Shown piece after piece: positions 25,993 through 33,886 of a DNA stretch of 52,880 bases. The notes under the pieces are model-generated. The model was given only the letters and a program-made list of their open reading frames with translations, made no database searches and was not told the origin of the DNA. The DNA comes from Candidatus Uhrbacteria bacterium. GTDB lineage: Bacteria; Patescibacteriota; Patescibacteriia; JACQRZ01. Location: NCBI GenBank assembly GCA_016188385.1, contig JACPHV010000037.1, forward strand, positions 1 through 52,880, written 5' to 3'. The first letter of the stretch is position 1. Each line of letters begins with the position of its first letter. The position numbers and the translations under genes are program-made.

Positions 25993-26400
25993 ATGAAAGA
26001 TCACGCAAAGATGTTGTTAGTTCGAATTGTGTTGTTTTTTGCCACCGGAGTATTGCTATTTCCTTTTTTCGCGTTCGCCCTGCCGCCAAAAGGCCCGCCG
26101 AATCCGATTGAGATATTGAATAATGCCGGCACGGCGGCCGGCATAGATACGGAACGGCAGATAGGTACGATCGTCGGCGGCGTTATTCAGGCATTCTTGA
26201 CCGCGCTTGGCATCATCTTCGTCGTGCTGATCGTGTTTGGCGGATTTCGTTGGATGCTTGCCGGCGGAGAAGAGAAAAAGGCGAAAGAAGCGCTCGGAAT
26301 GATGATGCAAGGCGTTGTCGGACTCGCTATCGTATTAGGAGCATACGCGATTACCGCTTTTGTGACAGGCGCTCTTCAGAAAGTCGTAAACTTGCGATAG
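25993..26400 (+). CDS. Pilin-like paralogue 5
   Basis: N-terminal TM sequence, core LIVFGGFRWMLAGGEEKKAKEA...VVGLAIVLGAY. Confidence 0.8.
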   Translation: MKDHAKMLLVRIVLFFATGVLLFPFFAFALPPKGPPNPIEILNNAGTAAGIDTERQIGTIVGGVIQAFLTALGIIFVVLIVFGGFRWMLAGGEEKKAKEALGMMMQGVVGLAIVLGAYAITAFVTGALQKVVNLR

Positions 26401-26430
26401 CGCATAGAGCCTTTACATGAACTTCGTCGT

Positions 26431-26841
26431 ATGATTCATCGCGTATCAACAGCATTGAACTATGCCCTTCCGACAGCTACCGTCGCGTTGGTGATCGCAA
26501 CGCTTTTTACCGTGGGATTTGCCGCTCAAGCAGGGCCGCTCGACACTCAATTAAATCACGCAAAGAACGCGATTTTCGGAGAAGGCAATGAACCCTATTC
26601 ACTACCCGTTGTAGTAGCGCTCATTATTCAATTCAATCTTGGGGCGCTGGGAATGATCGTCACGATAAGAATGGTTATGGCAGGTTTCGCATGGATGAGC
26701 GCCGCCGGAGATGAAAAAAAATTGAAAGACGCGCAACAAACAATAAAGAATTCCCTTATAGGACTTATCATCGTAATCGCCGCATATGCGATCACTAATT
26801 TCGCGCTCAACGCGTTTATCAAAGCTACTGTCGGCACATAG
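26431..26841 (+). CDS. Pilin-like paralogue 6
   Basis: N-terminal TM sequence, core RMVMAGFAWMSAAGDEKKLKDA...LIGLIIVIAAY. Confidence 0.8.
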   Translation: MIHRVSTALNYALPTATVALVIATLFTVGFAAQAGPLDTQLNHAKNAIFGEGNEPYSLPVVVALIIQFNLGALGMIVTIRMVMAGFAWMSAAGDEKKLKDAQQTIKNSLIGLIIVIAAYAITNFALNAFIKATVGT

Positions 26842-27232
26842 TCTGGCGATAGCTGTTTTTTTTGTCGCCGCCGCCCCTCGCGTATGGGCGCAGGGCGCGA
26901 GCTTGCCAGACGCGGTCGTAGGCAAAGACAGCGCCTGGCCCGCTTTTCTGAAAGCATTCAAGACATCTCCCGATGATATAAAAGGCATACCCGAGATTAT
27001 CGTCGGAGTGCTCAATATCTTTCTTGGATTTTTGGGATTGTTTTTTGTTGTCCTCCTTACGTACTCCGGCTTTTTGTGGATGACGGCAGCCGGAGACGAA
27101 AAGCAAATACGCAAAGCGCGAGACTACCTCACCTACGGCATCATCGGCATTTTTATCATCATCGCTTCATGGTCAATCGCTTGGTTTGTCACCAATGTGC
27201 TTTCTGATGTCGTATACGGCCCCCCGAGTTGA
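26786..27232 (+). CDS. Pilin-like paralogue 7
   Basis: Signal peptide ...APRVWAQG, core LLTYSGFLWMTAAGDEKQIRKA...IIGIFIIIASW. The only in-frame ATG gives a 56-nt overlap with paralogue 6, so the start is uncertain. Confidence 0.7.
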   Translation: MRSLISRSTRLSKLLSAHSLAIAVFFVAAAPRVWAQGASLPDAVVGKDSAWPAFLKAFKTSPDDIKGIPEIIVGVLNIFLGFLGLFFVVLLTYSGFLWMTAAGDEKQIRKARDYLTYGIIGIFIIIASWSIAWFVTNVLSDVVYGPPS

Positions 27233-27234
27233 TG

Positions 27235-28779
27235 TTATCTCAAGATTGAGACTGTAAATATCGATCCGGAGCCGTCTTCATACACCAGTGTCGCATCTGA
27301 ATCGCGGTCGAGTACAGCGCGTAAAGCGCTGTTTTCTTTTGATACGATGATCGCTTCAGCTCCAAAAAGTCTTTGAATGGCGCGTGCGGCGCCGCTTTGG
27401 ACCGTACCTTTGCGCAGAGCCTCGTAGTTCCAAAACAGGTTAGGATCGAGTGAATAAAAAAAGGTAGGATCGAGTCCGGCAATGAATCGGTTGTCGCCCC
27501 CCCAAAACCATACCGAGGGGAAATATCCCCACTGATCGTTGAATACCATTGATCCGCGGGGAATGTTTTGTCGCATCCATGCACTGATATACCTATGCTT
27601 CTCAACAGGTATGCCGTCTTCGCGAAATGCCATAAGGTTGCTCGCGATTAAGATTGGCGCGAATATCCCGTACAGGAGAGCGATGCCAGAGACGAGTATC
27701 GCCGTAGAACGTCTTTTGAGGAAGCATGTTTTCCAAAGTTCTTTCGCGTGTTTGAGTGATAGCGATTCAAGGAACGGCGTTGCCATGATCCCCCCAAACA
27801 GAGTGGCAAACGGCACGAAGTATTCACCGTGCCGGCTTGATTTAAGCGCGAGAAAGAAAAATACCAGAGTGGCGGCGAAGAAAAATCGCTCGATCGTTGT
27901 ACGCTTCGCGCTTAACGCGGTGCCGCTGGTGAACGCAGCCTTAAACATAAACACGGCAGTGGCGCTCGCCGCCGTAATCACGGCTCCCGTGCCCCAAGAG
28001 ATAATCTGCGCGTTTGCGGGATACCATTCCGCCCCGATCTCATAAAGGTCTCCGTATGTGACGATTGCGACATGGAATATCTGTACGAGGTAAAAAAAGA
28101 TGTTATCGGGAAAATAGGGATTGATGATCAAACCCGCGCACGCGCCAGCCACGGACCATGCGCAAAGGCCAAGAGCCTTGCGCGAGCATTGATCCGCGAT
28201 CAAATACAGGATCGAGAGCATCGGCATAAGAGGCCATGCTCCGTGAAGCCACACAAAGAAAAATGAAAAGAAAAACGTCAGTACGCGTTTGCCGGAGACA
28301 AGCGCGTAGGTACCCCCGAGGAGCCAGAGCAGCGAGAGGGCGGGGATTTTTTCAAGGTTCATCCGAGTGGTGAACACGCCGTTTAAGAAAAGTGAAGCGG
28401 TAAAAATCAGAACAAGAAAGCGGCGGCGTATGTCGCGGCGCGCATCGACGATGCGCGAAAGCAATAAGATGAACGCGGCGATTACGGCGACAAACGCACA
28501 TGCCGCCGCGGCTTTCATGCCCCAGAGCGGCCCCCAAAGCGCGATAAACGGCACGAGGAACGCGTGATAGAGCAGATGATGATCAATGAATGATTGGCTA
28601 AAAGCGGTAAACGGCAGCCACGGGAATTTCGTGATAATGCCACCTCTTTCTATCATCAGCTCCGTAATACGCGCGTGATAAAATGAATCAGGGTCATTGA
28701 ATGTCGCTGTCGTGTGCAGCGCGGCTGAATAGAGAATCACGAACATGAAAAATATCAGGAGCCAGCCACGGTAGTTCAT
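27235..28779 (-). CDS. Polytopic membrane protein, probable GT-C-fold glycosyltransferase (STT3/AglB/PglB- or ArnT/PMT-like)
   Basis: 514 aa with more than 10 hydrophobic helices. First-loop acidic motif NDPDSFYHARI and a C-proximal MVFNDQWGYFPSVWFWGGDNRFIAGLD, which resembles the WWDYG-x(n)-R-x(n)-D region of oligosaccharyltransferases (from memory). Confidence 0.5.
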   Translation of the reverse strand: MNYRGWLLIFFMFVILYSAALHTTATFNDPDSFYHARITELMIERGGIITKFPWLPFTAFSQSFIDHHLLYHAFLVPFIALWGPLWGMKAAAACAFVAVIAAFILLLSRIVDARRDIRRRFLVLIFTASLFLNGVFTTRMNLEKIPALSLLWLLGGTYALVSGKRVLTFFFSFFFVWLHGAWPLMPMLSILYLIADQCSRKALGLCAWSVAGACAGLIINPYFPDNIFFYLVQIFHVAIVTYGDLYEIGAEWYPANAQIISWGTGAVITAASATAVFMFKAAFTSGTALSAKRTTIERFFFAATLVFFFLALKSSRHGEYFVPFATLFGGIMATPFLESLSLKHAKELWKTCFLKRRSTAILVSGIALLYGIFAPILIASNLMAFREDGIPVEKHRYISAWMRQNIPRGSMVFNDQWGYFPSVWFWGGDNRFIAGLDPTFFYSLDPNLFWNYEALRKGTVQSGAARAIQRLFGAEAIIVSKENSALRAVLDRDSDATLVYEDGSGSIFTVSILR

Positions 28780-28832
28780 GCCGTAACGCTACCTAATTTT
28801 AGGAAGCTCGACAAGATGACGCAGTCGTCTAT

Positions 28833-28838
28833 ACTTAT
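28833..28838 (+). promoter_or_regulatory. TATACT -10-like hexamer 7 nt upstream of the ileS ATG (possible leaderless mRNA)
   Basis: Seen in the sequence. No Shine-Dalgarno sequence fits between it and the ATG at 28846. Confidence 0.3.
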
Positions 28839-28845
28839 CGCATAT

Positions 28846-31800
28846 ATGTCAATCTCTGAACGCGAACAAAAAATTCTTGAATTTTGGGAACAGAATAGCA
28901 TTTTTCAACGATCGGTACAGGAACGTCCCGAGGATGTCCCTTATGTATTTTATGATGGTCCGCCCTTTGCCACGGGACTCCCGCATTACGGACATCTCGT
29001 GGCTTCACTTATGAAAGATATTGTGCCGCGGTATTGGACTATGCGCGGCAAGAGAGTGGAGCGCGTGTGGGGGTGGGACTGCCACGGACTTCCTATCGAA
29101 AATATAGTCGAGGAGCAGCTTAACTTGCGTTCGCGAAAAGATATTGAAGCTTATGGCATTGCGCGTTTTAACGATGCCTGCCGATCGCAAGTGCTCGCGT
29201 ACGCGGAAGAGTGGAGAAAGACGATCCGCCGATTAGGGAGATGGGTGGACATGGATCATCCGTACATGACTATGGATCGGGATTATATGGAAAGCGTATG
29301 GTGGGTATATTCCGAACTATGGAAAAAGGGATTGATCTATGAGGGGAAAAAAGCCATGCACATCTGCCCGCGCTGCGCCACTACGTTGTCGAATTTTGAA
29401 GTGACGCAAGGATACAAGGAGATAGTTGATCGTTCCGCAACCGTCCGTTTTGCCGCGTCAAATGCCTCTGCCATGCTCGGTATCAGCGAACCTCTTGATA
29501 TCCTTGCTTGGACCACGACGCCGTGGACATTACCCGGCAATGTATTGCTGGCAGTCGGCGATGATATCGAATATGTGATTGGTAATTTCTCCGGGCATGA
29601 TGGCCTTACACTGCTCGCTGCCGAGCGCGTGAAGATGTATGAAGAAAAATTGAGCGCATCTTTTACGCCGCATTCATCGCATCGCGGCAGAGAGCTTGTC
29701 GGTCTTCTGTATACTCCGCTGTTCCCGTATTTTTCGGATACGCCGCGCGCGTTTCGGGTTGTAGCCGCGGATTTTGTCAACACTCAAGAAGGAACGGGTA
29801 TCGTGCATATCGCGCCGGCGTTCGGCGAAGATGACTACCGGCTCGGCCAGGAACAAGAGGTTGGTTTTCTGCAACACGTGACGCAAGAAGGGGCGTTTAC
29901 CGCCGCTGTTTCTGATTTTGCGGGTTTGATAGTCAAGCCAAAAAACGATCCGTCAGAAACAGATCGGGCGGTCATTGCCTGGCTTCAAAAAAACGGCCGT
30001 TTGTTTTTAGACGAGCCTTATCCTCACACGTACCCCCATTGTTGGCGATGCGATACGCCGCTGTTGAATTACGCGACCACAAGTTGGTTTGTGCGAGTCA
30101 CCGAGCTAAAAGACGACCTTCTCGAAAATAATAAAAAAATAGAATGGGTTCCGCATCACATGAAAGAAGGGAGATTTGGAAAATGGCTCGAAAACGCTCG
30201 CGATTGGGCCATATCGCGCAGCCGATATTGGGGCACGCCGCTTCCCATTTGGAAAAGCGCAGACGGAGACAGTATCTGTATCAGCAGCGTGCAAGAATTA
30301 GAACACTTCTGCGGATCGGCAGTCCCTGACATCCACAAGCATAGTGTTGATGAGATTGTGATCACAAAGGACGGGAAGGAGTATCGTCGCGTTCCTGAAG
30401 TACTGGATTGTTGGTTTGAATCCGGCTCAATGCCCTATGCGCAAACACATTATCCCTTTGAGCATAAAGAGGCGTTTGAGAAAGGTTTTCCGGCAGAATT
30501 CATCGCGGAAGGACAAGACCAGACTCGCGGATGGTTTTATACTTTGCATGTTCTTGCCTGCGCTCTTACGCGCCAACCGAAACCTTCGATCCCGGTCTCG
30601 AGCGGCGTTCCGGCTTTTTTGAACGTGATCGTAAACGGCATTGTCTTGGCCGAAGACGGTAAGAAGATGAGCAAGCGACTCAAAAACTACCCCGATCCGT
30701 CCGATATCTTTGAACGATACGGAGCGGACGCGTTGCGGCTTTATCTTGCCTCGTCACCCGTGATGCACGCGGAAAATCTGAATTTTTCCGAGACAGGAGT
30801 TCGAGAGGTATATAATAAATTCGTGAATACGATATGGAATGTTGCTCAATTCCTTACGCTATTCCCCGTAAAAAAAACGCAGAGCTTGCCTGAACAGGTG
30901 CCGGTATTGGATCAGTGGATCCTTTCCCGTCTTTCCCGTACGTTTACTTCCGTCACTGAAGCGCTCGAGTCATATCGCATTGCCGAAGCAATACCCCCGT
31001 TGTTGTCGTTTGCCGCTGATCTGTCCACATGGTATGTCAGGCGTTCTCGAGACAGATTCAAGTCCGAAGAAGAGTCGCGAAGCAGTATCGCCAACGCGAC
31101 GTTGCGCGAGACGCTACGCATTACGAGTATCATGATCGCGCCTATTACACCCTTTTTAGCCGAAGAGATCTACCAGGTTATCAGAAAAATCGAACATGAC
31201 GGCGGGAGGGAGGAGGCATATTCCGTGCACCTTGAATACTGGCCGGATACCTTGGAACGCTACCAAGACGATGATCTTGAATTGCGCATGGACCGTGTCC
31301 GCGCCGTAGCCGAAATCGGCCACGCGTTGCGCGCGCAAGCCGGGATAAAAGTGCGTCAGCCATTGTCTTCGATTGAGACAGACGCGCAATTTTCTTCGGA
31401 GTTTGACGCGATCCTTGCCGATGAATTGAATGTAAAAACAATACGGCATAGCGCCAAGACACCTGAAGGCTCGGATTGGCTCGCGCAAGAAAGCAACGGA
31501 TTTCGTGTCGCTTTGAATACAGGATTGACTCCGGAATTACGGCAAGAGGGGCTGCGCCGCGAACTGATCCGTCAGATTAACTCTCGGCGCAAAGAGAAAG
31601 GCCTTACGATAAAAGATCAAGCGGTTCTCCACCTCTATTCCGATGACGAAGCCGTCGTCGCCATGATTAAAGGCGGTAAAGAAGAAATCATGCGCGCCAC
31701 CATCTCGAGCGAGATGATTTTTCAGCGACACGAGCACGCCACCACAGTCCTTCTCAATGGTTCTCCTGTATTTTGCCATCTGTCCACCATAACCTACTGA
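28846..31800 (+). CDS. ileS: Isoleucyl-tRNA synthetase
   Basis: HIGH-type motif PHYGHL, KMSKRLKN, the WTTTPWTLPGN editing-domain signature and WFESGSMPYA. Confidence 0.95.
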   Translation: MSISEREQKILEFWEQNSIFQRSVQERPEDVPYVFYDGPPFATGLPHYGHLVASLMKDIVPRYWTMRGKRVERVWGWDCHGLPIENIVEEQLNLRSRKDIEAYGIARFNDACRSQVLAYAEEWRKTIRRLGRWVDMDHPYMTMDRDYMESVWWVYSELWKKGLIYEGKKAMHICPRCATTLSNFEVTQGYKEIVDRSATVRFAASNASAMLGISEPLDILAWTTTPWTLPGNVLLAVGDDIEYVIGNFSGHDGLTLLAAERVKMYEEKLSASFTPHSSHRGRELVGLLYTPLFPYFSDTPRAFRVVAADFVNTQEGTGIVHIAPAFGEDDYRLGQEQEVGFLQHVTQEGAFTAAVSDFAGLIVKPKNDPSETDRAVIAWLQKNGRLFLDEPYPHTYPHCWRCDTPLLNYATTSWFVRVTELKDDLLENNKKIEWVPHHMKEGRFGKWLENARDWAISRSRYWGTPLPIWKSADGDSICISSVQELEHFCGSAVPDIHKHSVDEIVITKDGKEYRRVPEVLDCWFESGSMPYAQTHYPFEHKEAFEKGFPAEFIAEGQDQTRGWFYTLHVLACALTRQPKPSIPVSSGVPAFLNVIVNGIVLAEDGKKMSKRLKNYPDPSDIFERYGADALRLYLASSPVMHAENLNFSETGVREVYNKFVNTIWNVAQFLTLFPVKKTQSLPEQVPVLDQWILSRLSRTFTSVTEALESYRIAEAIPPLLSFAADLSTWYVRRSRDRFKSEEESRSSIANATLRETLRITSIMIAPITPFLAEEIYQVIRKIEHDGGREEAYSVHLEYWPDTLERYQDDDLELRMDRVRAVAEIGHALRAQAGIKVRQPLSSIETDAQFSSEFDAILADELNVKTIRHSAKTPEGSDWLAQESNGFRVALNTGLTPELRQEGLRRELIRQINSRRKEKGLTIKDQAVLHLYSDDEAVVAMIKGGKEEIMRATISSEMIFQRHEHATTVLLNGSPVFCHLSTITY

Positions 31801-31810
31801 CTATTTCTCA

Positions 31811-32380
31811 ATGCTTGGTTATATCAAAGGAACAGTGCTGCAAAAAAGGGGTTCGCATCTTATTGTGGTGACGCATGATATCGGATATCGGATATCGATT
31901 CCGGCCAGAATGGCATCTGACGTTGCTATCGGTGGCGTTTGCGAGTTGCATCTCTATCACTACGTACGTGAAAACAGCAGTGAACTCTACGGTTTTTTTT
32001 CCGTCAGCGAGCTTTCCCTTTTTGAAAAACTCATATCAGTGTCAGGCGTAGGCCCCAAAACAGCTCTCGGAATTTTGAGCGTTTCAGACGTGGATAATCT
32101 TAAAGACGCCATTGCGCGCGGCGATGCCGCTTTGCTCCGGGGCGTGTCAGGGGTTGGAACAAAAACAGCGGAACGCATCATCGTGGAATTGAAAGGAGCA
32201 ATCACTCTGTCCGGAGAGGAGATTCTCGCTCCGAGCAGCGAAGATGCGGATATTATTGATGCCCTTGTGCATCTTGGGTATTCAGCCTCGATGGCGCGGC
32301 AGGCGGTGACGCGCATACCGCGCGATACTGTTTCCGTACAAGATCGCATGAAGGCGGCTTTGCAATCATTGGCATCATGA
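31811..32380 (+). CDS. ruvA: Holliday junction branch-migration complex subunit RuvA
   Basis: MLGYIKG...LYGF..., two HhH motifs (VSGVGPKTALGIL; VSGVGTKTAERIIVELK) and a C-terminal domain III. Confidence 0.9.
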   Translation: MLGYIKGTVLQKRGSHLIVVTHDIGYRISIPARMASDVAIGGVCELHLYHYVRENSSELYGFFSVSELSLFEKLISVSGVGPKTALGILSVSDVDNLKDAIARGDAALLRGVSGVGTKTAERIIVELKGAITLSGEEILAPSSEDADIIDALVHLGYSASMARQAVTRIPRDTVSVQDRMKAALQSLAS

Positions 32381-33438
32381 TGTCTTTTCGTGATACGCCA
32401 TCTTTTAGCCATTCCATTCTCGGGCATCAAGCATGGAATTCAGCTGTTGTTTCCCACCCGCAGTATTCGTTTCTTCAGAGTTACGAATGGGGAGAATTTC
32501 AAAAAAAATGCGGAAGGAATGTGATACGGTATTGCAGCAGGGGAAGCGGGGGATTCATCAATGCCGCACAAGTGTTATCGCATCCATTGCCCCTTTCTTC
32601 CTGGTATGGTTATTGTCCGCGCGGTCCTTTAGTATACAAAAAAGATGCCACTCGCTTCATTGAGTTTTTGTCGGCGGAAATGCGCGAACAAGGCGCGTTA
32701 TTTGTCCGGTTAGAGCCGTATGCCGCACCTCCATCTGTGCCAGGAATAGTACAGACATCCCCGATCCAGCCGGCAGATATATGGGTCGTGGATATTTCTC
32801 AATCTGAAGAATCCCTCTTATCCTCGATGCGCCCTAAAACCCGTTATAACTTTGGAGTTTCGCAGAAGAAAGGAGTTTCACTGCAAGTGATTGCGTCTGT
32901 TAACGACAGGCGCTATGCGCATACGTTATCTTCTTTTATTGCTATGCTGTCCCATACCGCGGGACGCCACCGTTTTCGACTCCACCCCGCGGAATACTAC
33001 CGAGAGATGATTGATTTTTTTATGCAAAGCACTGATGAAACGGCGCATCGAATATCTTTACGTCTATATACCGCATACCATGGCACAACCGCGATAGCGG
33101 CGATCGCAGTGCTTTATTTTGGTAAGATTGCGACGTATTTGCATGGCGGGAGCAACTATGAATATAGGGATCTCATGGCACCCTATGCTCTTCATGTGCA
33201 AGCGATGAAAGATGCCGCAGCCCTAGGATTCACTCTTTATGATATGGGAGGTATCGCGCACTCCGATGATCCGCGCGATCCATGGCAGGGAATCACTCGA
33301 TTCAAAAAAGGATTCAGCGGATATCCATTGCGTTATCCGGGAACGTTTGATATTGTTTTTAACAGTTTTTTCTATTCTGCATATTCGAAATTTCGCCGAA
33401 TTCATTCACGCCTTCGTAGTTCAATGGATAGAACGTAG
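32377..33438 (+). CDS. FemAB-family peptidoglycan interpeptide-bridge aminoacyltransferase
   Basis: FLQSYEWGEFQKKCGRNV..., ...RYNFGVSQKKGV... and ...GGSNYEYRDLMAPYALH... are typical of FemA/FemB/FemX-like proteins. Confidence 0.75.
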   Translation: MMSFRDTPSFSHSILGHQAWNSAVVSHPQYSFLQSYEWGEFQKKCGRNVIRYCSRGSGGFINAAQVLSHPLPLSSWYGYCPRGPLVYKKDATRFIEFLSAEMREQGALFVRLEPYAAPPSVPGIVQTSPIQPADIWVVDISQSEESLLSSMRPKTRYNFGVSQKKGVSLQVIASVNDRRYAHTLSSFIAMLSHTAGRHRFRLHPAEYYREMIDFFMQSTDETAHRISLRLYTAYHGTTAIAAIAVLYFGKIATYLHGGSNYEYRDLMAPYALHVQAMKDAAALGFTLYDMGGIAHSDDPRDPWQGITRFKKGFSGYPLRYPGTFDIVFNSFFYSAYSKFRRIHSRLRSSMDRT

Positions 33439-33481
33439 GTTTCCGGAACCTAAGATGGGGGTTCGATTCCCTCCGGAGGCA
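33410..33481 (+). tRNA. tRNA-Arg (anticodon CCG), CCA not encoded
   Basis: Hand-folded cloverleaf: acceptor GCCTTCG/CGGAGGC, D arm GTTC-AATGGATA-GAAC, anticodon arm TAGGT-TTCCGGA-ACCTA, T arm GGGGG-TTCGATT-CCCTC. Confidence 0.85.
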
Positions 33482-33704
33482 ATGAAGTGAAACGAAATTG
33501 CCAAAGGAAGCAATCCGACCAAGGGAGGAGGGGCGTATACATTGTGGATAACCTGTTGATGAAACACATTTTCTGTTGATACCTAATTGTGTTCAGAAGA
33601 GGTTATTGAGCAGTTTTGCGCCAGGTAAAATCAGAATTTTCCTTATATTCTAGGTTCAAACGACGTTATTTTGATACCATGTTCCAGAAATACCCACCAA
33701 ACCC

Positions 33705-33733
33705 TTGACAAAGTTGACAAACCGTTGTATTCT
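33705..33733 (+). promoter_or_regulatory. Sigma70-like promoter candidate for rpoBC: TTGACA-17 nt-TATTCT
   Basis: Tandem TTGACA hexamers at 33705 and 33714. The first is 17 nt from TATTCT (33728-33733). Confidence 0.4.
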
Positions 33734-33840
33734 CTATCTACTTTGTGCAAAATGCATAATCCCATGGGAGCCCATCTCCATATTTTATAAACACTTTTTA
33801 AAGGAATGAGGGCTAACAATTAATCACGATAGCAAGAAAA

Positions 33841-33881
33841 TTCACCGACCGTAAATGAAATCGGTGAAATTTTTATTTTTT
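33841..33881 (+). terminator. Terminator/attenuator-like hairpin immediately upstream of the rpoB start
   Basis: Stem TTCACCGA/TCGGTGAA (33841-33848 / 33861-33868), extendable with one bulge, followed by ATTTTTATTTTTT. It ends 6 nt before the ATG at 33887. Confidence 0.45.
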
Positions 33882-33886
33882 GCATT

